A stretch of DNA of 64,000 nt from a virus: the IMG/VR virus record IMGVR_UViG_3300002144_000072, positions 33,112 through 97,111 of that record. One strand, given 5' to 3'. Below are positions 43,001 through 49,694 of the stretch, one piece after another; positions within the stretch are counted from its first letter, which is position 1, and each line of letters starts with the position of its first letter. Under the pieces are notes generated by a model, which saw only the letters and a program-made list of their open reading frames with translations, was not told the origin of the DNA and searched no databases. Position numbers and translations under genes: made by a program.

Positions 43001-45790
43001 AATAGAAGTATATGCTCCTGACCCTATCATTCCAGAGTCAGCAAATGGACTTGTTGAATCTTTAGTTTTAGTTAAACTATTAATAATATCATCAACAAAG
43101 TCTACTGTATTGCTATTGTATTCAATCTCTATAGCCCTTGCTAAGAAATTATTTTTAAAATCTGTGTAAGACTTTTTAGCATACTGAATTGATTTAACAA
43201 TATTGTGTGTTTTATCACACAATGCCATCATCACCACAGGCACTAGACCTGCATGTTTTAAAAATCTTCTAGCATATTTCTGATAGTTTGCAATATCACG
43301 TAGATTTGAATTTCCAGGAATCGGGCCACTAATATTAGAATCAAATTCTAATGCAGAAGATACGTGATCAATAGCTTGGCCTAATGTAAAACTAGTTAAC
43401 TCGTCGTTAAGTGGATTTCTTTCTAAGCCTGATGGTATTTCGTAATACCCTTGGTCAGGTCCAACATCTGAAATTATTTTTAAAGAAACAACATCTTTTG
43501 CTGCTAATGTTGTAGAAAAAGTAAACGTTCCGAGATCTCGAGTCCAGGTTCCAGTATAAAGAATTCCGTTTAGATAAACATTGATATTAGGAACTGACGT
43601 TGTCTCGTCCCAAGCAATTGTATTAAATGTTAATTCTGATGTAGCATCTACTACAATCTGGCTATCGAAAATAGGCTGTTGATATTCTGTGCCAGAATCT
43701 ATCCATCCATTTTCATAGGTATTGAACACATTAAACTTATAAAAACCTGTTGATAACTTTTTAGATTTTGGTTCTCTGTTAACAGTGTAAGCAAAAGATT
43801 CATTGTCCCATTTCCAATCAAATTGTATGTCGCCTACGTTGTTAATATTTAGGTAGCTTAACGGAAATCCTAATTCAGTATCAACTCTACCATTACCAAC
43901 TTTATAGTTAAAAAGCGGAGTACCTGTAAATGTGCTAGTTGGGTACGAATCTCCATTAGAGAAACTAACATTGTTAGCGTCAAATGCGTCAAACATTGGA
44001 GCTTGATTAACTGATGTTTTTTCCTGACTAGAAATCCACTGTGTACCGTCAAAATGGACCATCTTGCCGCTGTTGGCGCTACCTCTTCTAACTAGTACAC
44101 CTTGTCCTATTAGGGATACAGTATCGATAGATTCTTTTAAATGTATTTGTTTTTTTCCGTTATGGATAATAAATGATACTTCGTAAATTTTATTATTTGA
44201 TAGTGTATCAGTATCCGCTACAAACAGAACCCTAGCGCCTTCGAACAAAAACTCGCCGTCGACGTTATAACCTGTACTGCCTTCAATAATTGAAAATATA
44301 TCAGTTGTGTAATCATCAATGTAGTCAACTGTTTGTTTAGCTACTGAGCCGTGATTGAACAGTTGCAAATTAGCTCTAAATTCAATAATGGGACGTTTAG
44401 CTCTAGCAGTCTCAGTCGCAGTAAAATCTTGTCCTCTTGATGAGTATGCTTTTTCTAAAACACTTCTATGAAACCATCTATTGTATCGACTCCAGGGATT
44501 AGAATCTACGCTGTTTCTTGCGATGGTAATATAATCCTTGTATGTAGGATAAGCAGTGGCATCATCAAATGGCTGAGTATCAAATCCGTTGTTATCAAAT
44601 AATACCTCAGGAACATCTGTTGTTAATACAGGAACAATAAGAGAATTAAAATCAACTAGAGTAATCGCTTCGCCAACACCTTCAATAAGCCAGCTTCCAG
44701 ATGCATACTTGGACGGGTTAACGTTTCCAAGAAATTCTACAATCATACCGTTTGAAAACTCTACACTATTACTTGAAGTGTATGTAGACTTTCCAACAAT
44801 TTCGTTGTCAACGTTGATGTAGGTATTTTCTTCAATGTCTGCAATCAAAAATCTGCCAAATGCATCTGGAGTAATTAATCCTTGGTAGAATAAATTACTA
44901 GGAGCATCGTATGGAACTACAAAAGTGACTGTCCCGTTTTCTGTGCCGTTGTTAGTAATACCTTTATTATATTCTAAAGCGTCACCTGCAGATGCAGGTT
45001 CTAGATATTCCCAGTCTAAACTATCTATTGTTATAGAGCTACCGTCACCTGGGTTAATGTTTTGCTTTGCTCTCCATAGCTTGTTATCATATACAGCAAG
45101 GTCACCTGCTGAATATCCATAGAAGGGTTTGAATATCAATGAACCGGTGTCGTAATTGGTTCTGATTGAAAAGCCTTCGCCTGGGGCATTAACTTTAAAC
45201 TTGTAAGTTTGTCCTCTATATAGAGTAATAGTAGGATTGTTTGTATAAGCATCGGGTGTAAAGACAAACGAATTACCAGTTGTACCAAGTACAACTTTAT
45301 AAGTGCTGATTACATTTGCGGTTTGTCCGTACACAACAGTAGTAGGAGGACCGCTCGGTTGCCAGTAATATTCTCTATAGTTAACAAACTTGTCCCAATC
45401 AACTGGAGGATTCCAAGCATAGTGAGACTGGCTGGTTATTTTATCGTCACGTTCGTCTGTATTTCCAAAAAATGCTAGTTGGTTTTTAAAGTCTAGATAA
45501 TCGTAAAAGTTTTCTACAGTGTCGTTGTTTTTATACACAACTCCCGGTTCTAGCTGATATCTACTTCTTAATGTGTTGTCAGTGTCAACATATATTTCAG
45601 AGCCATTATATGTTTTTCCGTGTCGTCTACCTATATAACCAACAACCTTGTCTAACACACCAGGTTGAACTAGTGGGTCAAGTACTCCTGATAAAAATTT
45701 GTCGTTAGTATCAGTTTGGAATACTACCGGGAGAAGTTCTACTGTTCTTCTAATAGGTAGTCCGCTTTTTGGGAATGTTTTATCTGCCAT
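30998..45790 (-). CDS. Giant (~4930 aa) baseplate wedge protein, in the gp7-like position
   Basis: Follows gp6; EVKPYRTTVRE motif; beta-propeller FG-GAP-like repeats (FG.SV...VVG.P); GxGATA repeats. Confidence 0.7.
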   Translation of the reverse strand: MADKTFPKSGLPIRRTVELLPVVFQTDTNDKFLSGVLDPLVQPGVLDKVVGYIGRRHGKTYNGSEIYVDTDNTLRSRYQLEPGVVYKNNDTVENFYDYLDFKNQLAFFGNTDERDDKITSQSHYAWNPPVDWDKFVNYREYYWQPSGPPTTVVYGQTANVISTYKVVLGTTGNSFVFTPDAYTNNPTITLYRGQTYKFKVNAPGEGFSIRTNYDTGSLIFKPFYGYSAGDLAVYDNKLWRAKQNINPGDGSSITIDSLDWEYLEPASAGDALEYNKGITNNGTENGTVTFVVPYDAPSNLFYQGLITPDAFGRFLIADIEENTYINVDNEIVGKSTYTSSNSVEFSNGMIVEFLGNVNPSKYASGSWLIEGVGEAITLVDFNSLIVPVLTTDVPEVLFDNNGFDTQPFDDATAYPTYKDYITIARNSVDSNPWSRYNRWFHRSVLEKAYSSRGQDFTATETARAKRPIIEFRANLQLFNHGSVAKQTVDYIDDYTTDIFSIIEGSTGYNVDGEFLFEGARVLFVADTDTLSNNKIYEVSFIIHNGKKQIHLKESIDTVSLIGQGVLVRRGSANSGKMVHFDGTQWISSQEKTSVNQAPMFDAFDANNVSFSNGDSYPTSTFTGTPLFNYKVGNGRVDTELGFPLSYLNINNVGDIQFDWKWDNESFAYTVNREPKSKKLSTGFYKFNVFNTYENGWIDSGTEYQQPIFDSQIVVDATSELTFNTIAWDETTSVPNINVYLNGILYTGTWTRDLGTFTFSTTLAAKDVVSLKIISDVGPDQGYYEIPSGLERNPLNDELTSFTLGQAIDHVSSALEFDSNISGPIPGNSNLRDIANYQKYARRFLKHAGLVPVVMMALCDKTHNIVKSIQYAKKSYTDFKNNFLARAIEIEYNSNTVDFVDDIINSLTKTKDSTSPFADSGMIGSGAYTSINYTVDDAGIKVFALSAKFDLITLNRTAVYVYLNGTQLLNTRDYTFNSTFGFIQLLVDLSRNDIVEIREYSSTAVNHIPPTPTVMGLYKKFTPMIFIDDTYADPREVLQGHDGSITATYGDFRDSLLLELEYRIYNNIRIQYNEKIFDVDSMVAGYNGVGLYKKSQLDTIVSQEFLKWIQNTNISYTINSYFDSQNSFTYTYSKMSDPTKTQSLPGYWRGVYQYFYDTDRPHRCPWEMLGFSEEPTWWQTVYGSAPYTSGNLILWEDLANGFIRQGSRAGRYDRYKRPTLLRHIPVNGDGQLLSPLDSGLAQDFSLINNTGSFVLGDIGPAEYAWRASSEWPFAVALAMCLMKPFEFIADSFDRSKIVLNNLGQSVHKDTLTFSVLSDITNNAVTDLSSGLVKYLISYTASRGLNPQTLWDKIGNLDVALSHRMSGFVDQTQQKFLLDSKNPSATSSNVYIPNENYDIIFNISAPIASVAYSGIILEKTEGGWVITGYDDIQPYFNYHLAMPNQRDPVITVGGLSETFLDWITDKSYTNGTIIRYQNNFYRALKTHDSGGSFDANSWQKLGSLPKRGAVEALRRRNFNTLAVRRLSYGTKFTSIQQVVDFLLGYESYLKSIGFSFNNYDSENKVSQDWLSSAKEFMFWTKHNWEIGSLISISPGAENIDITIPVGVADNILDGFYDYQLLKGDGKPLNPKNVNVKRSFQNITVQPVNTTDGIFYLKLYYVLKEHVAIFDDRTVFNDIIYDKTTGYRQGRIKVQGFRTTDWDGDYTSPGFMFDNVNITSWLPWTDYNLGDIVSYRSYNWTSLVNQLGTETFNATYWTKLDSTPVKQLIPNFDYRINSFADYFEVSSEGLDLAQRDLARHTIGYQQRNYLQNLSDDSVTQFQLYQGFIREKGTSNAITKIFGKLSRSGSDSIELNEEWAFLSGQMGGVDQITEIEVELDKNKFNLNPQLFLIEEFDNHEDSGNTYHITSEKFTIAPIPFSVDINPTSVEVDPTSTAGYVSLSQYEHTIATIEDIITLDITTVYENDHIWITFYKDSWTVFRANEDAILGVQSVLRYDDTTVSLTLNRPHSLVVDQYVGFRDILNLTGFYKIIEITNNTISVEVVADVADPELDLSSTVRITILEESRFNNYQSIDDSNAALLDDKSRLFIDNNGDALWEVVEKNKLYSPKSLTDYGTTTPVNAGKKVIYDNINKQIISSIPGSGLVMVYVEDDNNLKLKQIISPPTGFYEIALGSFGNKLAKSADGRYLVVGSPEASGVRTNYRGEWATDVAYFQDDIVLYGARLWKAINANTVIGDGSSTLAVNTDDWALTSLIPVTTSTISDQGFYNQGMVSVYEFNSGRYTHVQSFSSPRPADNEQFGSEVAISYDGTNYCLAVSAVGSYNDTGRVYLFDFNGTTVSNLENAAYRGIYDPLEIYYAGDIVWQASQDPIAEGVKGNLWQAQEGQAGDGSTLEINSQNWLKVSDISTHSSLPTSISVENDGSTLEFAYTGLLSTTQMAELVKPGDNYGFSLVMTSDASILVVGAPNADGQFFANYRGLWRADVEYVEGEVVRYSDPSTSDPHQYYKLGDVYIGADSTYRSYNEEPAGSENWQVVGDSTTQSSGKVFVYKRTTFGSYELTQMINAASISSFTDIDSGLVISTGDQFGFSMDMDLTGTVLVVSSPKADINFQDQGSVYVLGLDVASTEYRVKQKLDSFEIYPNEYFGYGVSVSPDGAKVVVGAKNTYNKTPTYFDMLSDTTFDFGRTSFFAEQGFTGGVYVFDKKGERFLLTEKLQDTLSANESFGFSVDCVGSKIVVGSPYYRPPVLHVSGLISFEGPYVGKVRMFSKNESADSWTVLTQQQPVVDLRKIRSIELYDNVLNEKIQDIDYVDPAKGKIINLAERELAFKTPYDPAVYTIGTDAVVVDPTINWLDRNVGKLWWNVGNAKWIYAEQSDTAYRTGNWNQLAEGGSIDVYEWVGTPLLPSEWSAVADTNEGLALGISGQPLYPNDDVFSVRSTFNALTGAISETTYYFWVRSKSTTPTNRNDRTMSASAVATMILNPNSTGLAFIALVDSDKFYTYNFESVMLSDTALLNFKYNNSLERLNPVHREYQLLTEDVADSLPSKKLENKWIDSLVGTDLTGNRVPDTKLPAKQKYGISFRPRQGMFINRPEALKIAVTRINTTLLEQPFATLIDFNNLNSKEIAPAQVLNLYDVAVDTEIDLQNVGTIRTKRAVLSANIVDGELDTIDIIDPGFGYKPKELFDQETPGVYVGPPITIVGDGINATAACHIDGQGRIITVVVTNRGKKYSTLTANVRYFSVLVNSDSTINNFWSIYSWDDSRKVFFRSQSQAYDTTKYWSYQDWWATGYGIKTRITKELLSIFDEERSIILVGDLIQIKEYGAGGWAVFEKTSDTGSTFLDRFLLVGRQNGTIQISAATYDTTVYGIGFDNTQSFDTTEYDIGNSIELRNILKAVKEDIFKGDYSVEWNKLFFASMRHVLSEQSYVDWMFKTSFLNATHNVGAFEQRINYKNDNLQSYQEFINEVKPYRTTVREYVSRYDNIETANSAIADFDLPPTYSVVDGVVLPITANRNELTNYPWKWWADNNGYEIVDIQVSNAGAGYTLVPKVLIEGNGTGATAQAYISNGTVSGITITNPGSGYTRAPTVLLVGSAGAITATAIAIIGNTKVRTFDMSIKFDRVAKDGDYAAYVQEQTFIATGDTSVFNLNYAPTRNKNDITIYKNNQLVLNSDYTLSLYYSNTDSYSLLRGRIRFNTSPAVNDVIVVSYEKNVELFNAVNRIDKFYAPISGMIGKELNQLMTGIDFGGVQIQGTTFDVTGGWDALPWFTDNWDSVEASSDYYVVCDGSTGTITLPYVPTEGQEINIYIKRSGSIATTRIDDPYYIQTQPAVEGQPADPEYNNGAIIDVVGNGSDFFKREVTTNGVRIMGAGAVGGQAAVPDAWLEKVARMFELFTDPTGAGINQAIQRQFIKDLSGDAGDSYHAGFPTLQRVARGAGSDYTPNFLTDEGIESWNLSPLFDTHVANDMVWYLNSTGDGYGIGEIDAQEVIEHVFHTLHMHGLPAFDLKMYPEFSADWQSGDLFAAIEEAYDAGVFDPSGYVDATWKTDPELFPVIAKEYLYLLNFSMFEYTGLWDGDSLAPEWSDSMRTQSGILANNPLGYALFNTYIAPVISKPSLATINSIFGDGNTPAQDNPALAGVSGYVVDLLVGGSPAVDDNSSLITNPNAEMPTFVGDGLNATIDIGSFIGTIDGDTLIFRPIESDGAVTITDDNLLDTAISGGSLSAISNAYVTATGTLAEEIAILGGKFIDPDQVPAPEENIPGQVLDSVSIKVYNNTPSGSAALQSKISEGDGTTTEYTIGQAVIESNAVFVYIDKIKQDLSVNYTLDLENYNVEFTTAPSVGTIVEILSLGIGGLKILDYQQFVADGATNLFLTNANYDYTSSIFVTVNGEYVDTGFRNSTDVVDAIGRTLVEFGFYPNNGDIIKIVCLEASSDVDSSGISIVKVNTQTVYFEGSTRSFDLDSFVDLSRGSAANSMIVEVNGLVLKGADTTYAVYNGTTNAFTLGTDPFEPGGSILPSNINVFVNNELKAFITDYTFEGPTKVLTLSNLTIGDIVKIENDLRAEYSIVGNNIVIDGDVNISSVDETDNVRIDVTWFSEYPSMDIISDEKAGGKVQYQLARTPISPSYVWVYKNGVRLTQEQDYYLSLPRGVVYLNVDSTVDDNIRTISFATEIYRLPSAYEISKDMLNIYHFKRFAKGEVKLANALNYYDTTITVDDSSTLADPIPSRNVPGAIHIDNERIEYMQKTGNVLSQLRRGTQGTPIKEAYASGSAVVDVGYQETIPYNETQDRFDFYSDGSTLIIGPLSFAPSKGSRSSTWYRDTIPSTYGPCDELEIFAAGRRLKKDPQSIWVENNGAYSPDADTQVEAEFSVDGSAAYIRLTNILPAGTRITLIRRQGKTWYDRGETTASNGVTLLENGSPIAKFIAQKSTSIPE

Positions 45791-45795
45791 GGTTC

Positions 45796-48700
45796 TCAAT
45801 ACGTTGTTGTGACAATACTGTCAATAGTTGCGCCGATTTCAGATGCTGTGATAGCTGTGACTACCATAACATCGTCAACAGTAGCACCGTTAACTAAAAT
45901 TTCATCTGCTCTACTTTGTATTTCAAACAGACTGCCGAATACTTGCCCTGCTTGCTTAGGAACAATAACTATGTTCGAAAGATCGGGAGAAAGTGAATTT
46001 AATATATACGTTGTTAGTTCACTCATATAAAATCTATCGCCGAAATCCCAATTGTTAATATCAAAAAATGTATTAATAGCAGCAATAACTCTGACTTTTA
46101 TGTCATTATCATTTACTGTTCTATTAGGATTTTTAACTATCTTAAATGTTGCCTGTAATTTGTTATCTGCTTTACTTCCAAATAGCACTTTATATCTTGC
46201 AGGGTGATAAACTATATCATCACTGATAGACTTAATTGCTGATAAACCTGCGCCAAAGGTTGTTCTTAGACCGTCACTAGTTAGTGGAACTGGTTCTGTA
46301 GTTGTTCCGCCACCTAAGTATTGCCTGTAATCAGTGTCATATGATCTCGTTAACATGTACACATCAATAATATTAGATGTCGACGGATCTATTCTTCTAT
46401 CAACACTGGCATTATGTATGTACTGGAATTTTATATTTCTTCGGCCAATTGCGGCTTTATATGCAGTATTGATATCCAACGTGTTAGTTGTACGATTTAC
46501 TTGTTTAACAACATCTTCATTAATATCATAGAAGTAAATCAACTGTCCATCGGGGTATGTTGTAGTATCTGTAAAAGTTATCGCAGACTGCTTTTCTCTA
46601 ATTAATACAGCGTTATTTGAGTTATCAATTAATGTATAATTTTTAGTACCATATGCGTCTACTGCTTCTAAGAAGAATAGATAGTTTAAATCTTGATCGA
46701 TTCCTACAATCTTTTCAAATGCTTCTGGGTCGTCAATAACACCGTCGTCATCTGAATCACTGAAAGATAATTTAATTTCAGATGTGCTTTCGTAGCCGTC
46801 ATCAAATTTAATAGTGTCACTGATTGTGAAAGGAACGTCTTCTTTTAATTCTGTGATAAAGTCACTGCCTGGGTTTATTCCTAGGACCTTAACTTGATCC
46901 TTAACTACTTGGCCTAACTGATCGTTATAGCGTTTTTCGTTAGAATCAAAATAAAATCTATTCTGTTGAATACTACCAAACACATACGCTAACTTTCTAA
47001 TTCTCACAGTATAACTGTCGGGACCTTTTACAAATGCCACCGTCCACGATCCATCTGCACTAGTGTTTGTTATGTCGCCTGCTTTACCTAATGTAAAGTC
47101 ACCTACTAGATTTAGATTCGATCCGGTAATAATTTTCCAGGTAGAATCTACCATGCTATATCGTAGACCAAAGTTTAAACTCTGGAAAGACTGATTTACA
47201 ATTTCTGCTTCAAGTGCTGTAGACAGATCGTTAATAAATCTAGGAACAATTCTAGATGCAATAGCACCGCTTGGAATTATATCGCTAAACGTAATAGGGC
47301 CTAGGCCGCTAGTTAACACACCGCGGCCAGCATTAGTTCCATCTCCAGTGACTTTAACTACCTTAGTCCACAAGTAGCTTCTCTGATCAGGATCAGTTGA
47401 GTTTGTTAGTACTAGCGCACCCTTCTTAAAAGAATACCCAGTTGGGGGGACAAATTTAATTAATGCATCTGTAAACAAATACTTTAAACTGTTTGTTGAA
47501 TAAGATCCAACTTTTAACAACGAGTTATCTACAATATTTTTAAAATATCCTGTAGATGTTGATGTTGTAATAGCCTGCCATACTGTGTTAGAATCAGTAA
47601 ACAATATCTGATCAAACTTTGTAAAATAAAAATTGTACACTTCAGGATCAGTAAATGCAGGCTCAATTGTTTGGCGGATAAAATTAATAATATCCACTCG
47701 GCTATTAAACTTAAACGAGTAAGTATCTTCTGCTTCTTCTTTATAAATGTATCCATCATCACAGAAAACGTTGATACTACTGTATTTTCCAGAGGCATCG
47801 ATGATATCAAAATTTCTAGAGATGCCACTGGATGTTCTATTGATTGCTTTTATTTTAATAATATTTTGAGAAGTTGCTAGAGGAGCCAAGTTATAGTCTT
47901 CTGCGGTAATCATACGATTTTGTGTATAATATACAGCAGGTGCATTTGTTCTAATGCTATCAATATCCTCAGATGCTGCAGAGTTAGCAACTGTTGATTG
48001 TAGTGCTAGGCCAACTGTTAGTGTATGTGAAACACCTTGCTTATTCAGATAGTTAACACTGATGTTTATACCACGTAGTTCATTAGGATAAATCACATAT
48101 GATAATCCGTTGCTGGTTCTGTAATAAACTCTAAACGATCCTTGCGGGAGGTTGCCATAAACTCCATCGGAAAACACTAGATCAAGACTATCACTTTCTT
48201 TAGTGTTAACTGCATAGATGTTTCTAATATTTTGATTTACACTATTGTAGGCAATGTTGCTGCCTACTAGATTAGAAACCTTAGACCATTCAGTATTTTG
48301 TGATCCGTTTGAAGTTAGTGAGAATAACCATAAGTCGCTGTTGTTAATATTAGTAGAGTTTAGAGAAATAGTTTCGTTTGTAGTAGGGATGTCAATCGAA
48401 AAATCTGCTAATTCTAAACTACCTTGTTTAAACATTAAAAAGAAACCAGTGTTAGCACTGCCGGAGCCGGCGCCGTCGTTTCGATATACAAAACCTAATT
48501 GGTTTCCTGGAACTGGTGGTTCTTCATATATGCTTTCACTATTAGCAAATGCCGTTGAGACTATTTCAAAATTCATTGATCGTGCAGCAACATTCTTTGT
48601 AAAACTATAAATCGGAACGTCTGTAGACGATGTTCTAAATCTATACTGAGAAGTTGCAATACCTTGAATAGTTGCAGATCCTTGATCTCTACCAAACTCT

Positions 48701-49203
48701 GTGTTATCTGCCATTGACGCATTCATAACTGTAATAAATTGCTCTACCCAATTAGTATTAGTGGGATCGTTCCATGTGATAGTTTGGTTAGCAAGATTTT
48801 TACCATTGCTGTCTAACAGATCTTCGGTTGTCGATACTGATGTAAATTTTAATAGACCGCTTGATGCAATATTACGCTTAGAGTTATAAGAAAGCATACG
48901 AGCAATTCTCAGCACACTTTCTTTAGTTTCTGCTAATTCGATAAAGTTTTCGCGGCTGGCTAAATCAATCCTAAATGCTAAACTTTGTCCTAAAAACGCA
49001 ACAGCATCAATAAGAGCTAGATATTCACTGGATTCGATATAATCGTTAAAATCTTCGGGATAGTTTTCACGCAGATAAGCAATGATTACCCTGCGTAGAT
49101 TCTCAAAGTCGTATGACTTGAAATCTGCATTCCTGAAGGTCTGATAAATTCTTGTCCAATCTTGGTTTAGAATTAAATTATTTTGTCTGCTTGTTGTAGT
49201 CAT
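45796..49203 (-). CDS. gp6: Baseplate wedge subunit
   Basis: DFENLR...DFND...SSE..ALID..A, FSDGVYG..P, EDIDSIR.NAP..Y.TQNRMITAEDY. Confidence 0.85.
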   Translation of the reverse strand: MTTTSRQNNLILNQDWTRIYQTFRNADFKSYDFENLRRVIIAYLRENYPEDFNDYIESSEYLALIDAVAFLGQSLAFRIDLASRENFIELAETKESVLRIARMLSYNSKRNIASSGLLKFTSVSTTEDLLDSNGKNLANQTITWNDPTNTNWVEQFITVMNASMADNTEFGRDQGSATIQGIATSQYRFRTSSTDVPIYSFTKNVAARSMNFEIVSTAFANSESIYEEPPVPGNQLGFVYRNDGAGSGSANTGFFLMFKQGSLELADFSIDIPTTNETISLNSTNINNSDLWLFSLTSNGSQNTEWSKVSNLVGSNIAYNSVNQNIRNIYAVNTKESDSLDLVFSDGVYGNLPQGSFRVYYRTSNGLSYVIYPNELRGINISVNYLNKQGVSHTLTVGLALQSTVANSAASEDIDSIRTNAPAVYYTQNRMITAEDYNLAPLATSQNIIKIKAINRTSSGISRNFDIIDASGKYSSINVFCDDGYIYKEEAEDTYSFKFNSRVDIINFIRQTIEPAFTDPEVYNFYFTKFDQILFTDSNTVWQAITTSTSTGYFKNIVDNSLLKVGSYSTNSLKYLFTDALIKFVPPTGYSFKKGALVLTNSTDPDQRSYLWTKVVKVTGDGTNAGRGVLTSGLGPITFSDIIPSGAIASRIVPRFINDLSTALEAEIVNQSFQSLNFGLRYSMVDSTWKIITGSNLNLVGDFTLGKAGDITNTSADGSWTVAFVKGPDSYTVRIRKLAYVFGSIQQNRFYFDSNEKRYNDQLGQVVKDQVKVLGINPGSDFITELKEDVPFTISDTIKFDDGYESTSEIKLSFSDSDDDGVIDDPEAFEKIVGIDQDLNYLFFLEAVDAYGTKNYTLIDNSNNAVLIREKQSAITFTDTTTYPDGQLIYFYDINEDVVKQVNRTTNTLDINTAYKAAIGRRNIKFQYIHNASVDRRIDPSTSNIIDVYMLTRSYDTDYRQYLGGGTTTEPVPLTSDGLRTTFGAGLSAIKSISDDIVYHPARYKVLFGSKADNKLQATFKIVKNPNRTVNDNDIKVRVIAAINTFFDINNWDFGDRFYMSELTTYILNSLSPDLSNIVIVPKQAGQVFGSLFEIQSRADEILVNGATVDDVMVVTAITASEIGATIDSIVTTTY

Positions 49204-49221
49204 GTCCTATCCCTATACCAA

Positions 49222-49228
49222 TATTTAT
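49222..49228 (-). promoter_or_regulatory. Late promoter core ATAAATA
   Basis: Intergenic, before gp6. Confidence 0.55.
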
Positions 49229-49244
49229 CTAAAAATTTATATGG

Positions 49245-49682
49245 TCAGTTTATGATAGAGTTTGTTCTATCAAAATTAAATGTCATTCGTTCGTTAATAT
49301 TAAACGGTAGATACAGTATATCCGCTTGTATTCTAATGCCTTGATCTGTAGTGTCTATTAGTATATCCTGTACTGCTATTCTAGGATCGTAATTGATAAT
49401 ATCTTCAACATCTTTTGAAATAATTTCTTTAACATTTTCCGTAAACGGTTCAAATAGTATGTCCCAAATTACAGTTCCGAACTCTGGATTTTCTAACTTC
49501 TCTCCTTTACGTATGTAAAAGTGATTGATAATATCTTGCTTTACAAGGTCTATATCGTATATTTTATAGTTAGATATCGAACTTACAGAACTAAATCCTT
49601 TGTAAGTAAACGATCGTGTATTGTCTATAACTTGTGCCGATGTAGTCGACACTACCTTGTTATTATAAAGTTTTTTTGCCAT
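49245..49682 (-). CDS. gp25: Baseplate wedge protein gp25/GpW-like
   Basis: RKGEKLENPEFG..IWD.LFEP, YDPRI. Confidence 0.88.
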   Translation of the reverse strand: MAKKLYNNKVVSTTSAQVIDNTRSFTYKGFSSVSSISNYKIYDIDLVKQDIINHFYIRKGEKLENPEFGTVIWDILFEPFTENVKEIISKDVEDIINYDPRIAVQDILIDTTDQGIRIQADILYLPFNINERMTFNFDRTNSIIN

Positions 49683-49694
49683 AATGTTTATCCT